The notes beneath the pieces were generated by a model. That model did no database searches. It saw only the letters and a program-made list of their open reading frames with translations, and had not been told where the DNA came from. Of a stretch of DNA of 63,858 nucleotides, positions 47,735 through 60,729 are shown piece by piece; the stretch's first letter is position 1; the number at the start of each line of letters is the position of its first letter. A program made the position numbers and the translations under genes. Source of the stretch: Isurus oxyrinchus (Eukaryota); the NCBI GenBank assembly GCA_026770705.1, contig JANJGN010000071.1, positions 806,001 through 869,858 of the forward strand, written 5' to 3'.

Positions 47735-48095
47735 ACAAGGGGCTGAATGGCCTCCTCCTGTTCCTGTGTAATGGGCTTCAGTGGCTGAATGGCCTCCTCC
47801 TGTTCCTGTATAACGGACATAAGTGGCAGAATGGCCTCCTCTTGTTCCTGTGTAACGGACATAAGTGGCAGAATGGCCTCCTCCTGTTTCTGTGTAACAG
47901 TCTTGAGGGGGCTGAATGGCCTCCTCCTGTTCCTGTGTAACAGTCTCGAGGGGGCTGAATGGCCTCCTCCTGTTCCTGTGTAACAGGCTCGAGGGGACTG
48001 AATGGCCTCCTCCTGTTCCTGTGTAACAGGCTCAAGGGGCTGAATGGCCTCCTCCTGTTCCTGTGTAACAGGCTCAAGGGGCTGAATGGCCTCCT
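47735..48095. repeat. ~40-bp tandem repeat derived from a CR1 3' tail
   Basis: Unit aggggctgaatggcctcctcctgttcctgtgtaacaggctc. Confidence 0.85.
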
Positions 48096-48389
48096 TCTGC
48101 ACTGTAAACTTGTTGTGATACTGTAACTGCCTCTTTGGTTTCATTCAGCTGAATCTTCAGCTCTTCAGTCTCTTCCTTGTATCTCTTGCCTTCCTCCTGG
48201 AACATTGGACATGGTTGGGTCTTCCCTGCCAACTGTTTCTTCAGTTTGCTCAGAGCGGCACAGAATTCGCTTTCTTTCTCTTCAGGATTTTCCAGTGGAA
48301 CCAACTCTGACCTGAGGGACACTTGCAGCCTGTGAGGATGCTTCAATTCTTCAAACTCATTCCGAGATACACTCTCATATTCCCCCAGC

Positions 48390-49465
48390 AACTCAGCAAC
48401 TCCTCCAGTGAAACATTTCAGAGCAGCTGAGCTTGGTTTTCTGGAACCAGTCTCGGCCCAGAAGACTAGGGCCCTCACCTGTCGCTATGATCACTGGAAG
48501 CTGGGCTGTCTGCTGCCTGTAGGACACAGGTACTGGGATGAGGTCCTTTCCCTGTATGGATTCTCCAGTGTGTGTCTTCAGCTGATCCATTGTTTGCTCT
48601 AAATTCAGCATCTGGGTTCCTTCATTTAGCTGTTTAAATGTGGGCTCTTCCACCACTGTGTCTGAGGCTCCTGTATCTGCCCCATTACTAGTGGCTGCCC
48701 ATTCACTTGGGTTGTGATGGTTATAGGTTCAGTTTTTACCACTGTGACATTGGACAGGGAATAGACATCGGTATCAGCAGCTTCAGGCTCTGTGATATTA
48801 TTCACTTCCATCATGTTGGTGCACTGTCTGATGGGCTGTCTCGATTTCACCCTGCATTGCTTTATTACCCGCCCCTTTCTTGTGGCAGTGATGGCATTCT
48901 GCCCCCTTGAACCTGCAGGTGTCCAGTACGTGCTCAATGCCCCCCACATCGAGAACAGGCCAACTTCGGAGTTGCTGCTGAAATACTCCCACGAAGCCTT
49001 TTAGTTTCTGGAGCGGCAGAGACTGTCTCTCGCTTGGCGGCTGTCTCTCTCCCTCTCTCTCCAGTTTGAGCCTCACGCCCGGTGGTTGTTTCCTGTCCCA
49101 GCTGAGGACTGGCGCCATGTTGTACATCCTGTAAATCTCGCCAGTCTCTCCCAGCACTTTCCATGCCTGGCGCTATTTCCATGGTGCGCTTCAAATCGAT
49201 GTCGGCTTCTGCGAGTAAACGGCTCTGAATGGCGTTGGGGTGAACGACACAAACCAATCGGCCCCGCAACATGTCATTGAGTGTGTCTCCGAGGTCCCAG
49301 TGCTCAGTCACCTGCTTCCACTTCACTGTATAGGTTGCGATGGACTCTCCCTGGGCCCTTACTCTGGAGTTAAACTTAAACCTTTTCATTATTACCCACG
49401 GCTTCAGCTGAAAATACATCTTCATGAGGTCGACTAATTGGTGAAAAGATTTAGAATTGGGTGTA
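48390..49465 (-). mobile_element. Degenerate Ty3/Gypsy LTR-retrotransposon gag-protease remnant
   Basis: Gag-like RFKFNSRVRAQGESIATY...LNDMLRGRLVC..IQSRLLAE, zinc-knuckle remnants CSRCGGH and CRFKGAECHHCHKKG, protease-like VNGQPLVM and GEGPSLLGRDW; frameshifted. Confidence 0.85.
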
Positions 49466-49752
49466 ATACACGTCACTGTCTTCAGCTCTGAGACTGTCAA
49501 TCCTCACCAAACAATTCTTCCCTTCCAAGTCGCCGATTATTTTAGCACGTCCCACGAATGTGGCCATCCCATAGTTGGGATCTTTGGTATATGTGATGAT
49601 ATATTTCCATCTATACCAATATTTATACCAAGCTCCGTGCAGTGCTGTGTAAGAGTGGGAAGGAAAGTCAAAGCTACACGGAATAACCACACAAGAGCTG
49701 CTGATGGCCCTCCGAGGCAGCGCCTTCATAGACCATCCCTCTGACGTCACTC
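49465..49752 (-). pseudogene. Siglec/MAG-like gene E, V-set exon truncated at the F strand by the Gypsy remnant
   Basis: Acceptor gcctttcag|, phase 1. GVTSEGWSMKALPRRAISSSCVVIPCSFDFP..HGAWYK...FVGRAKIIGDLEGKNCLVRIDSLRAEDSDVYY, then gag sequence and a stop at 49451. Confidence 0.8.
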
Positions 49753-49814
49753 CTGAAAGGCAACAAGGGAGGGGACTGAACATCAAAAAGCAGAATATTA
49801 CTTCAATTGAGAGA

Positions 49815-50260
49815 GTCTACAGAATGCGGTACAGAGGGATCTGGGTGTCCTTGTACATGAATCACAGAAAGTCAGCATTCAGGAACAGCACGGAATGAGG
49901 AAGGCAAGTGGAATGTTGGCCTTTATTGCAAAGGGATGGAGTATAAAAGGAGGGAAGTCTTGCTACAACTGTACAGGGCGTTGGTGAGATTGTATCAGGA
50001 GCAGTGTGTACAGTTCTGGTCTCCTTACTTAGGGAGGGATAGACTCTGCATTGGAGGCAGCTCAGAGGAGGTTCACTGGGCTGATTCCTGGGATGAAGGG
50101 GGTTTGTCTTATGAGGAAATGTTGAGCAGGTTGGGCCCTGTATCCATTGGAGTTTAGAAGAATGAGAGGTGATCTTATTGAAACATATAAGATTCTGAGG
50201 TGGTGGGGGGTTTGACAGGGTGGATGCTGAGGGGATGTTACCCCTTGTGGGGGAATCCTG
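49815..50260 (+). mobile_element. CR1 LINE 3' fragment in gene E intron 1
   Basis: MEYKRREVLLQLYRALVRLYQEQCVQFWSPY. Confidence 0.85.
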
Positions 50261-50572
50261 TGAAGCAATAAGGATGTTTTACTGCATTAAAGGTGCTGTA
50301 TAAATGCACTGTCATTCCTATTGAAACAAGCTCTCTGATGCACAAACAGAAAATGCTGGAAAAACTCAGCAGGTCTGACAGCATCTGTGGAGAGAGAAAC
50401 AGAGTTGGTGTTTCGAGTCCGTATGAGACTTTTGCTTTTGCTATATTCTCTGACTTGCTATTCACTCACTCTCTGTGTGATCACTAACCCTGTTCTCTAA
50501 AATTAAATGTTCACTTCCTCACTCCAGGAAAGAATCCAATTCCCTGAGTTCCGATCAGTAATGAATTTGTAC

Positions 50573-50618
50573 CTTGCAGCAAGCAGATGAAGATCAGTAT
50601 CAGACCGACCTCTCCCAT
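50573..50618 (-). CDS. Gene E signal-peptide exon (MGEVGLILIFICLLQ)
   Basis: 46 nt with phase-1 donor |gtacaa; joins the V exon in frame; ends in LLQ|G like the other leaders. Confidence 0.72.
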
Positions 50619-50889
50619 CTTCAGTTCCTCATCTAAATGGAAATGATAAAGACAGAGACTTTTTCAGAAATTGTCCCCAGCGTTTCTTCCTCAAACAACA
50701 ACAACTTGTGTTTAAATGGCACCTTTCAGGGAATTAAACAGCCCCAGGGAATTATCCAATGTCAAGACAAGGAAGGAGAGATTGAGAAGGGACATCGCAA
50801 ACTGATTCACCAAACACGGCAAAAATTCATTGTTCCCTCACTCCCTCTGCTCGGTGTCCAGCTTTTTCTCTCAGTGAGTTTAGTCCTCA

Positions 50890-51880
50890 CAATCTCTATC
50901 GCACTCTTCTGCTCTATCTCTCTCTCTCACACACACATTCTCTCTCTAACACTCACAATCTCTCTCTATCACACTCTTCTGCTCTCTCTCTCTCTCTCAC
51001 ACACACACATTCTCTCCCTAACACTCACAATCTCTCTCTATCGCACTCTTCTGCTCTATCTCTCTCTCTCACACACACATTCTCTCTCTAACACTCACAA
51101 TCTCTCTCTATCACACTCTTCTGCTCTATCTCTCTCTCTCTCACACACACATTCTCTCTCTAACACTCACAATCTCTCTCTATCACACTCTTCTGCTCTC
51201 TCTCTCTCTCACACACACACATTCTCTCTAACAAACACAATCTCTCTCTATCACACTCTTCTGCTCTCTCTCTCTCTCTCACACACACACATTCTCTCTC
51301 TAACACTCACAATCTCTCTCTATCGCACTCTTCTGCTCTATCTCTCTCTCTCACACACACATTCTCTCTCTAACACTCACAATCTCTCTCTATCACACTC
51401 TTCTGCTCTATCTCTCTCTCTATCGCACACACATTCTCTCTCTAACACTCACAATCTCTCTCTATCACACTCTTCTGCTCTATCTCTCTCTCTCTCACAC
51501 ACACATTCTCTCTCTAACACTCACAATCTCTCTCTATCACACTCTTCTGCTCTCTCTCTCTCTCACACACACACACATTCTCTCTCTAACACTCACAATC
51601 TCTCTCTATCACACTCTTCTGCTCTATCTCTCTCTCTCACACACACACCTTCTCTCTCTAACACTCACAATCTCTCTCTATCACACTCTTCTGCTCTATC
51701 TCTCTCTCTCTCACACACACATTCTCTCTCTAACACTCACAATCTCTCTCTATCACACTCTTCTGCTCTCTCTCTCTCTCACACACACACACATTCTCTC
51801 TCTAACACTCACAATCTCTCTCTATCGCACTCTTCTGCTCTCTCTCTCTCTCACACACACACTCTCTCTCAAACACACAC
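50890..51880. repeat. Composite (TC)n/(CA)n minisatellite, unit about 60-65 bp
   Basis: Directly visible; source of the spurious 455-aa ORF. Confidence 0.92.
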
Positions 51881-52250
51881 TGTCAGAGGGTCAGTACTGA
51901 GGGAGTGCTGCACTGTCAGAGGGTCAGTACTGAGGGAGTGCTGCACTGTCAGAGGGTCAGTACTGAGGGAGTGCTGCACTGTCAGAGGGTCAGTACTGAG
52001 GTAGTGCTGCGCTGTCAGAGGGTCAGTAGTGAGGGAGTGCTGCACTGTCAGAGGGTCAGTACTGAGGGAGTGCTGCACTGTCAGAGGGTCAGTACTGAGG
52101 GAGGGCTGCACTGTCAGAGGGTCAGTACTGAGGGAGTGCTGCACTGTCAGAGGGTCAGTAGTGAGGGAGTGCTGCACTGTCAGAGGGTCAGTACTGAGGG
52201 AGTGCTGCACTGTCAGAGGGTCAGTACTGAGGGAGTGCTGCACTGTCAGA
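51880..52250 (-). repeat. Homogeneous 32-bp array; this block plus its flank is duplicated at about 53660-54195
   Basis: Tandem gagggagtgctgcactgtcagagggtcagtact; shared downstream flank ttcagatgatgtttgaaattagcaacatgcctc. Confidence 0.88.
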
Positions 52251-54966
52251 ACTGTCGTAATTCAGATGATGTTTGAAATTAGCAACATGCCTCGTGTAAC
52301 ATTCTATATCATCAGCTCAATATAACCAGATTAGTCTTGTACGTTTCACTTCACTGCAAATTGTTCATGGTTTCATTTCCTTGTTAACCAGGCTCATGTG
52401 ATCACTATTTTTAAATAATGTTTGTTATTTGGAACAAGGGGCCATGCCTGAACAGATAACTATAGGATCAAGCAGCTGGGTTTTTTCTTGAACCTTACTT
52501 CATTCTGTTGTTTGCTGCTGGACATGAGATCATTAATGTGTGAATGTAGAATCAAAGTCACCTCAGTGAACAGCAGCATTGGTTGAACAGCCTGATCTGC
52601 AATAAGAACTGCTGAACACAATGTCCATTCAGAACAGCTCGGTCCCCGATCAGAGAAACAGCCTCAGACAGAACCAACTGACGCTGGAATCCATACAATT
52701 CATCAACGTGTTGGGAGTTAGTTTGATGTCGGAGATGGAGTGTTACTGGGAAGGAGGGAACCCGTCAGGATGAACAGCTCGATGTACGACAAGGAAAGGA
52801 TGAGCTAAGAGGGGTTGGTCACGGACAGACGGAGCGTGTGAAGACTCAACAAGCTAATGGCAGGTGAAGAGCTGGAAAGGTGTCTTTTCAACACAAGGTT
52901 TAGACACAGAACTCGATGTTTGATCGGGTATTTCAAACCAGAGAAACTCTTTACAGGGTGAATGGACCTTGTCAATAATCCATCCAGCCAACCTCGCCTG
53001 GAGATTAGTCCAATATTAGACACTAAACCGAGTCCCCCGTCTGCCCTCTCGGGCGGGTGTGAAAGATCCCACAGCCACTATTTGGAGGAAGAGCAGGGGG
53101 GAGATCTCACACGCAGACACACACACACACACACACACGTACACACATTTTCTCTTGTTCATTCTTTTAAACACACACACTCCCTCTCAAATACACACAC
53201 CCTCTCTCGCACACTCCTTCTCTCAAACACATACACCCTCTCTCTCAAACACACACACAGACGCTCTCACGCACACGTTCTCTCACATACACACTCTCTC
53301 TTTCACACACACACTGTCTAACACACACAGATTCTCTCTCTTTCTTTCTCTCTCACACATAAGCTCTCTCTCTAACACAGACATTCCCTTTCTCTCACAC
53401 ACACTCTCTCTCTCACACAATTCAGCTACCTCACTCTCTCATGCGTACACACTCTACCTCTCTTTTGCTCTCTCACACATTTTCTCTTTCTCTCTATCCT
53501 TCTCTCTCGCACACATACGCACTGTCACTCTCTCACACACACATTGTCTCTCTTTCTCACACACGCATTCACTCTCTCTCTCTCTCTCTCCAAGACAGAA
53601 GGTTGGGGTTTTCAAACCGTCTCAAGGTTTCAGCTCAAAACCCAGATGGACTCTCCCCAGTGAGGGAGTGCTGAGGGAGTGCTGCACTGTTGGAGGGTCA
53701 ATATTGAGGGAGTGCTGCACTGTCAGAGGGTCAGTACTGAGGGAGTGCTGCACTGTCAGGAGGTCAGTACTGAGGGAAACCCTGCTCTATCAAAGGGTCA
53801 GTACTGAGGCAGTGCTGAACTGTCAGAGGGTCAGTACTTAGGGAGTGCTGCACTGTCAGAGGGTCAGTACTGAGGGAGTGCTGCACTGTTGGAGGGTTAG
53901 CACTGAGGGAGTGCTGCACTTCCAGAGGGTCAATACTGAAGGAGTGCTGCACTCTCAAAGCGTCAATGCTGAGGGAGTGCTGCACTGTCAGAGGGTGGAC
54001 ACTGAGGGAATGCTGCTCTGTCAGACCTGCCATATTTCAGATGATGTTTGAAATTAGCAACATGCCTCATGTATAATTATATATCATCAACTCAAAATAA
54101 ATAGATTATTCCTGTACATTTCACTTTACTGTAAATTGTTTGCAGTTTCATCTCCTTAGAAGCCAGGCTTGTGTGATCACTATTTTTAAATAACGTTAAT
54201 AATAAAGATGCGACAATCCACATGCACACATGTACACACACACACACACACACACACACACTCATGTGTAGGCACATACATGCACATTTACACACAGTCA
54301 TACACGTGCAAAAACCTACACAGAAACATACACACACTCAACTCACACACACACACTCACACGTGCACACACATACACATACACATGTACACACATTCAC
54401 TTATGCACAGAAATATACACAAAGACACACGCACATTTGCGCAAACACATACACACATGCACACACAGACACATGCATGCATACTCACACAAACATACTC
54501 ACATATGTAGAAACACAAACACATACACATAAACACGCGTGAGGTCCCTCTTCTCTCTCAGGGCTGCACTGGAGTCTCGGTGTCAGCTCCGATTCTGTGT
54601 TGAAGGAAGGTAAACTCCAGATCAACAAGACCCTGAACTGGATGAGCAACCTCCTGAACAGAGAATTGTAGATTTACCCCTCAGTGCTCCATCGATCAAA
54701 TACAATTCATTCCCGTAAATCCCTTGGCAAAATCCTGAGGATGTGAAAGTTTCTTTCATTCTAGGTGAACAGCACCTCTACTGGTGGGAGAATGTAACTG
54801 TAGTTTGACTGTTTACATAGGCAGTGCCCATTATAAATTTGACAGTGGAAGTTTTATGGAGGGAAGGTATCTGGAAATGCATACAGACATCAGATACAGA
54901 GAGATGATGCATGGAGTCTTGCTGTGCACGCCGCTTGCTCACATTAAACACTTGATTTGTTCTTGG

Positions 54967-55248
54967 ATGCTCCACAGAATCTCACATTTACTTCTCTTGA
55001 AATGATTAACGCTTCATCGATCAATATAATTGAGGGGAATTCTGCAGAGATAATCTGCTCTGTCGAGAGCTTCCCAGCTTCTAACCTGACGTGGCGACAT
55101 CTTAATGTCCCAATGAACAGAACAAGTTCCAACAATGAGCTGTGGTTGGTGATTCCTCACGTTACATCCAGGGACACTGGAGACTATCAGTGTGTGGCAG
55201 AGAATGAACATGGAGCAGTGGAGGGATACATCACCATCACTGTGGAAT
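54967..55248 (+). pseudogene. Gene D, Ig exon copy 1 (open frame, but acceptor AG>GG)
   Basis: tcttgg|atgctcca here versus ttttag|atgcacca in copy 3; 282 nt. Confidence 0.75.
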
Positions 55249-56004
55249 GTGAGTGTACACAGACTTCAACATCTCTCACACACACACTCACACATGCAAA
55301 AACACTCATGTGTAGACACAAACATGCACGCTTACACACAAACATACGTTCAAACACATACACAGAAACACACACAAACTCAACTCANNNNNNNNNNNNN
55401 NNNNNNNNNNNNNNNNNNNNNNNNNNNNNNNNNNNNNNNNNNNNNNNNNNNNNNNNNNNNNNNNNNNNNNNNNNNNNNNNNNNNNNNNNNNNNNNNNNNN
55501 NNNNNNNNNNNNNNNNNNACAGACACGCGCATACACACAAATACAAACTCACATGCAGAAGTACACACACAAGTGTGAGCTCCCTCTCCTCTCTCAGTTC
55601 TGCACTGGAGTCATGGTATCAGCTCCCATTCTGTGCTGAAGGAAGGTAAACTCCAGATCAGCAAGACCCTGAATTGGATGAGCAACCTCCTGAACAGAGA
55701 AATGTAGATTTAGCCCTCAGTGCTCCATCGATCAAATACAATTCATTGCCTATCAAGCCCTTGGGGACATCTTGAGAGTGTTAAAGGATGTTTCTTTCAT
55801 TCTAGAGGGTTAGCAACTCTACTGGTGGGAGGAAGCAACTGCAGTGTGACAGTTTACATAGGAAGTGTCCATTATAAATATGACAGTAATTTTTCATGAG
55901 GGAAGGTACCTGGAAAAGCATTCCAACATCAGATAGAGAGAGATGATGCATGGAGTCTTGCTGTGCACTATGCTTGCTCACATTAAAATCTTTATTTCTT
56001 TTAG

Positions 56005-56285
56005 ACGCACCCAGAATCTCTCAATTCATTCTCTTGATATGATTAACGCTTCATCGATCAATATAATTGAGGGGAATTCTGCAGTGATAATCTGCTCTGT
56101 CGAGAGCTTCCCAGCTTCTAACCTGATGTGGCGACATCTTAATGTCCCAATGAACAGAACAAGTTCCAACAATGAGCTGTGGTTGGTGATTCCTCACGTT
56201 ACATCCAGGGACACTGGAGACTATCAGTGTGTGGCAGAGAATGAACATGGAGCAGTGGAGGGGTTCATAACCATCACTGTGGAAC
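56005..56285 (+). pseudogene. Gene D, Ig exon copy 2 (1-nt deletion, frameshift)
   Basis: 281 nt instead of 282; gcacccagaat versus gcaccacag(a/g)at. Confidence 0.7.
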
Positions 56286-57084
56286 GTGAGTTACTGCAAA
56301 CTCCAACATCACTCACACATACACACACACACACAGACACACACACACATACACACACACACGCACACACACACAGACACACACACACAGACAGAAACCT
56401 GTAGGCACACACATGCATAATTATCCACACACAGTCATACACATACAAGCATATACACAGGAAAATACACACCCATCTCAAACACACACACACATTCATG
56501 CCCACACATAGACACACACATGCACATACTCTCACTCATGGACAGACCTAGACACACAGACACATGCGCATGCGCACACACAGACACATGTGTGCATACA
56601 CACACAAACACACTCACATGTGCAGAAACACAAACAAACAGATACACACACGTGAGTTCCCTCTCCTCTCTCAGTGCCGCACTGGAGTCTTGGTATCAGC
56701 TCCGATTCTGTGTTGAAAGAAGGTAAACTCCAGATCAACCAGACCCTGAATTGGATGAGCAACCTCCTGAACAGAGAATTGTAGATTTACCCCTCAGTGC
56801 TCCATCAATCAAATACAATTCATTGCCTGTCCAGCCCTTTGCGAAATCCTGAGGATGTGAAAGCAAGCTTCTTTCATTCTAGATGGACAACACCTCTACT
56901 GGTGGGAGAATGCAACTGCAGTGTGACAGTTTACATAGGCAGTGTCCATTAAAAATGTGGCATAAGACGTTATCCTGAGGGAAGTTACCTGGAAATGCAT
57001 TCAGACATCAGATACAGAGAGATGATGCATGGAGTCTTGCTGTGCAATAGGTTTGCTCACATTAAACACTTGATTTGTTTTTAG

Positions 57085-57366
57085 ATGCACCACAGGATCT
57101 CTCATTTACTTCGCTTAATATGATTTACGCTTCATCAATCAATATAATTGAGGGGAATTCTGCAGTGATAATCTGCTCTGTCGAGAGCTTCCCAGCTTCT
57201 AACCTGACGTGGCGACATCTTAATGTCCCAATGAACAGAACAAGTTCCAACAATGAGCTGTGGTTGGTGATTCCTCACGTTACATCCAGGGACACTGGAG
57301 ACTATCAGTGTGTGGCAGAGAATGAACATGGAGCAGTGGAGGGGTTCATAACCATCACTGTGGAAT
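57085..57366 (+). CDS. Gene D, Ig exon copy 3 (intact)
   Basis: Bounded by ttag| and |gtgagt, 282 nt. APQDLSF...EGNSAVIICSVESFPASNLTW...DTGDYQCVAENEHG. Confidence 0.85.
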
Positions 57367-58183
57367 GTGAGTGTGGAGATACATTTGTTTGTTTGTTGTC
57401 TCCGTGGTCTCCATGGAGCCATTGGGATCGTGTTGTTTTTAATCCAGTTTTCTTCAATCCTCGCTCAGTCCACGTTATCCACACATCCAATTTTTCCTCT
57501 CCCTTTCTGTTTTTGCTCTCAGTTTCTCCTTCAATGGTTGTCAGGACAAGGCTGTCAGGTCTTCGTTTCCAATCTCCGTACTTGACGACCTTTCTCTCTC
57601 TAACTGTCCTGAACAACCCTTTTAATTGCTGAACTTCTCATTCTTTAATTGATAAATATTATATATAAATGTTACATGGATTACTTTGAAATGCAACACC
57701 TGTATTCATAAATTGCTTAGAAATTACTAAACATTCAACAGCCAATGCAGCATTATCGAAGTGAGCTCACTGTTGTAATGTAGGAAACACAGGTACTGAT
57801 TTGTGCACAGCAAGATCCCGCAAACCACCGTGTGATAATGACCTGATAGTTGATTATTTCAGTGAGGTTGGTTGTTACATGTGTAGAGACTACATACCCT
57901 TTAGGGAGGGAAGCATGTCTCGATGTGGATGTGACTCCAGTCTCAGACACCAACATGGTTAACTCTTACCTGCCCTCTGAACTGGTCTCCCAGTTTGGGA
58001 CAAACCAGTGGTTCAGGAGGAAGACCCCCCACCACCATCTCAAGGGGAAACTAGGGATGGACAATAAATGTCAGCATTGCCCGAGAATGAGTATTTAAAC
58101 ATTGAGTGAGTGTATCGCTTCTCGAGATACATCGGAGCATCATTGTAAATCTGTAGTGCAGTAATTAATGGCTGTTTTTACAG

Positions 58184-58280
58184 GTAGAGACTCCAGTAAA
58201 TGGACAGTAGGATTGTTCACGGCTGGGATCATGTTGAGTGTTTTCCTGGCTGGAATCTTCATCTTCATCTGTGTGAGAAA
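58184..58280 (+). CDS. Gene D, transmembrane exon
   Basis: Identical by eye to 8363-8459. Confidence 0.87.
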
Positions 58281-59157
58281 GTAAGTTTGAAGATTTAACT
58301 TGATTTTAATATAAACATTTGCTTCAATGTTCTTTCCTTAAGTCGGTGATTGTTTCCCTTGGGATCAGCGCCAGGTCCCTCTCTGCAAGTGATCCCTGTG
58401 TCCACTATGATCCGGAGAGAACCTTTCATTGTCCTGTATCCAGTAAACAATCACGAGACCCAGAGATTCCTCACTCTGCACGATTACTCCTGGATAAATA
58501 TTTGCTTCAATGTTCTTTCCTTAAGTCGGTGATTGTTTCCCTTGTGTTAAGCGCCAGATGCCTCTCCGTAACTGGTCTCTTTTGTCCCTTACGATCCAGA
58601 CAGTGTTTTTCATTGCCCGTTATCCAGATGAATAATAATCAGTTGCTGTGATCTGGAAGGTGCTGCCTGAAAGGGCGCTCGAAGCAGATTTAATAGGATC
58701 TTTCAAAAGGGGAATTGGATAAATACTTGAAGGGGGAACATTTGAAGGGCTACGGGGGGAAGAGCAGGGGTGGAGGGGGGGTCAAAGATATGGCGTGTCA
58801 TTATAATGATATTATACCTTAGGCTTATTTATTGTACAAGAAACAAAGCACCAATCGCTCACAGGGATTGGGTGAGAATGTTAATGATTTGTTTATCAAG
58901 ACTCGGCACGAGAACAGTTATACATATGGAGAAAGATTGAAGGCATCAGAGCTGTGAGTGTGTGTTCTGCTCAAAGCAAAAGTCAAACTGAGATTGGATC
59001 ACATGACACACTTCCATTATAGTGATGTCACGCTGATACCCCTTATTGGAACTAGAGACAGTCCTGTCGTTGGTGTAAGGTTACACTGGGCTCTGTGTCT
59101 GTGCTGCACTGACTCTCTGCTATATGATAACCACAGTGTGATATTGTGTTATTGCAG

Positions 59158-59239
59158 GAGAAAGACAGCGACGGAGGAGAGAGTTTCAGGGACCAGTGAC
59201 ATTGTATTGACCCCCAGTCCACTCTCTGTGAAGCACCAG
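59158..59239 (+). CDS. Gene D, first cytoplasmic exon
   Basis: Reads RKTATEERVSGTSDIVLTPSPLSVKHQ with canonical splice sites. Confidence 0.82.
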
Positions 59240-59449
59240 GTACAGGAGCTGTTTACACTCACTCCAAAGCTTCTATCTCAGTTTGTAGACAACACATGTC
59301 CCAGATTCCCAGCCAGGTTACCCACAGATATCTACCTGTGGAGTCAGATATGGCTCAGTAGGTAGCATTGTCTCTCGCTCCCTCCCCCTCTTCCCTCCAT
59401 CACTCGCTCTTTGACCAGAAACCTGAACGCAATAATGACAAGGCACCTG

Positions 59450-59830
59450 ATGTCAGTAGTGAGGGAGTGCTGCACTGTCCTAGGGTCTGTGCTGAGGGAG
59501 TGCTGGAGTGTCAGAAGGTCAGTACTGAGGGAGTGTTGCACTGTCAGAGGGTCTGTACTGAGGGAGAGCTAGACTGTCAGAGGGTCAGTACTGAGTGAGT
59601 GCTGCGCTGTCATAGGGTCAGTACTGAGGGAGTGCTGGACTGTCGGACGGTCAGTACTGAGGGAGTGCTGCACTGTCGGAGGGTCAGTACTGAGGGAGTG
59701 CTGCACTGTCGGATGGTCAGTACTGAGGACAGTACTGAGTGAGTGCTGCACTGTCAAAGAGTCCATTTTCAAGGGGTGCTGCACTCCTGACGGGGCAGTT
59801 CCGAGGGAGTGCTGCACTGTCAGCAGAGAG
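59450..59830 (-). repeat. 32-bp DeuSINE-derived array
   Basis: Directly visible. Confidence 0.85.
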
Positions 59831-60287
59831 CACTGAGAGAACATTGCAGTGTTCGAGGTGCCTCTTTCAGAATAGTTGTATAATGCTGACCATGTTTACC
59901 ATCTTATCTGGTCCCATGGCCACATTTCCAACAATGTAGCAGTGTCGCCCTTCAATAAAATTCCTTCATTGGCGTGAGGTTCTTTGTGTGTCTGTGTTTG
60001 TGAATAATGGGGCACAAATCTCATGATTGGACTGGTAACATAGGACTTCAAGACTCAGGTCTGCGATAGCGAGAGAGATTACATGATAAATAGAGAGAGA
60101 AAGCAAGAGAGAGAGAGAGAAAGAGAGACAGAGAAAGAGATTGAAAAAAAGGAGACAGAGAAAGAGAGTGAAAAAGAGGGTTAAACCCATCGAGACATGA
60201 CTGACAGTAACGAGGCTGCAGAATAACTTAACCCTATCAGTGCCAGTAAATGATGTGAGGATGTCTTCTGTTTCTATTTCTCTGTAG

Positions 60288-60536
60288 GGTAAACAGAACG
60301 TGCTGATTACTGAGCCCCGGAACACAACCAGAGACACAACTAGTGAGGGGGAGACCCCAGCTCCCCGGGGTCTCTCTGAAGGTCCAGTAGAAGGCGATGC
60401 TGGACATGGGAACCCCGACAAACCCGACGAGCTTTTCTACGCCAACATCAACTTTTCAAATCTGCCCGGCGGTGACAGGACTGTGCACAGGAGCGAGGAC
60501 ACGGAATACGCACAGATCAGGTTCCAGAAAAACTGA
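60288..60536 (+). CDS. Gene D, terminal exon with ITIM (LFYANI) and ITSM-like motif (TEYAQI)
   Basis: Acceptor ctgtag|, phase 0. Reads GKQNVLITEP...DELFYANINFSN...EDTEYAQIRFQKN*. Confidence 0.9.
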   Translation, partial: GKQNVLITEPRNTTRDTTSEGETPAPRGLSEGPVEGDAGHGNPDKPDELFYANINFSNLPGGDRTVHRSEDTEYAQIRFQKN

Positions 60537-60729
60537 GTGTGAAACAGGGAGCGGGGCTGTGGGGTGTGTGCAGCCAACATGGCCAAATAGTAATGAACAC
60601 AAATATGATGTTGCTCAACTTTTTTTTATTGGTTTTAACTGAGCTTTCTGAATGCTGCACCTTTTTCCATGCTGTAAAAGATTGTGAGAAGCTTATGAAT
60701 TATGTATAATTTAACATCTGTTAATACAA

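Noticed and set aside
50637-52004. 455-aa Ser/Leu/His-rich ORF
   Set aside because: Translation of a TC/CA minisatellite and a 32-bp array.
58316-58640. Local ~185-bp tandem duplication in a gene D intron
   Set aside because: No coding or regulatory signal; ordinary local duplication.
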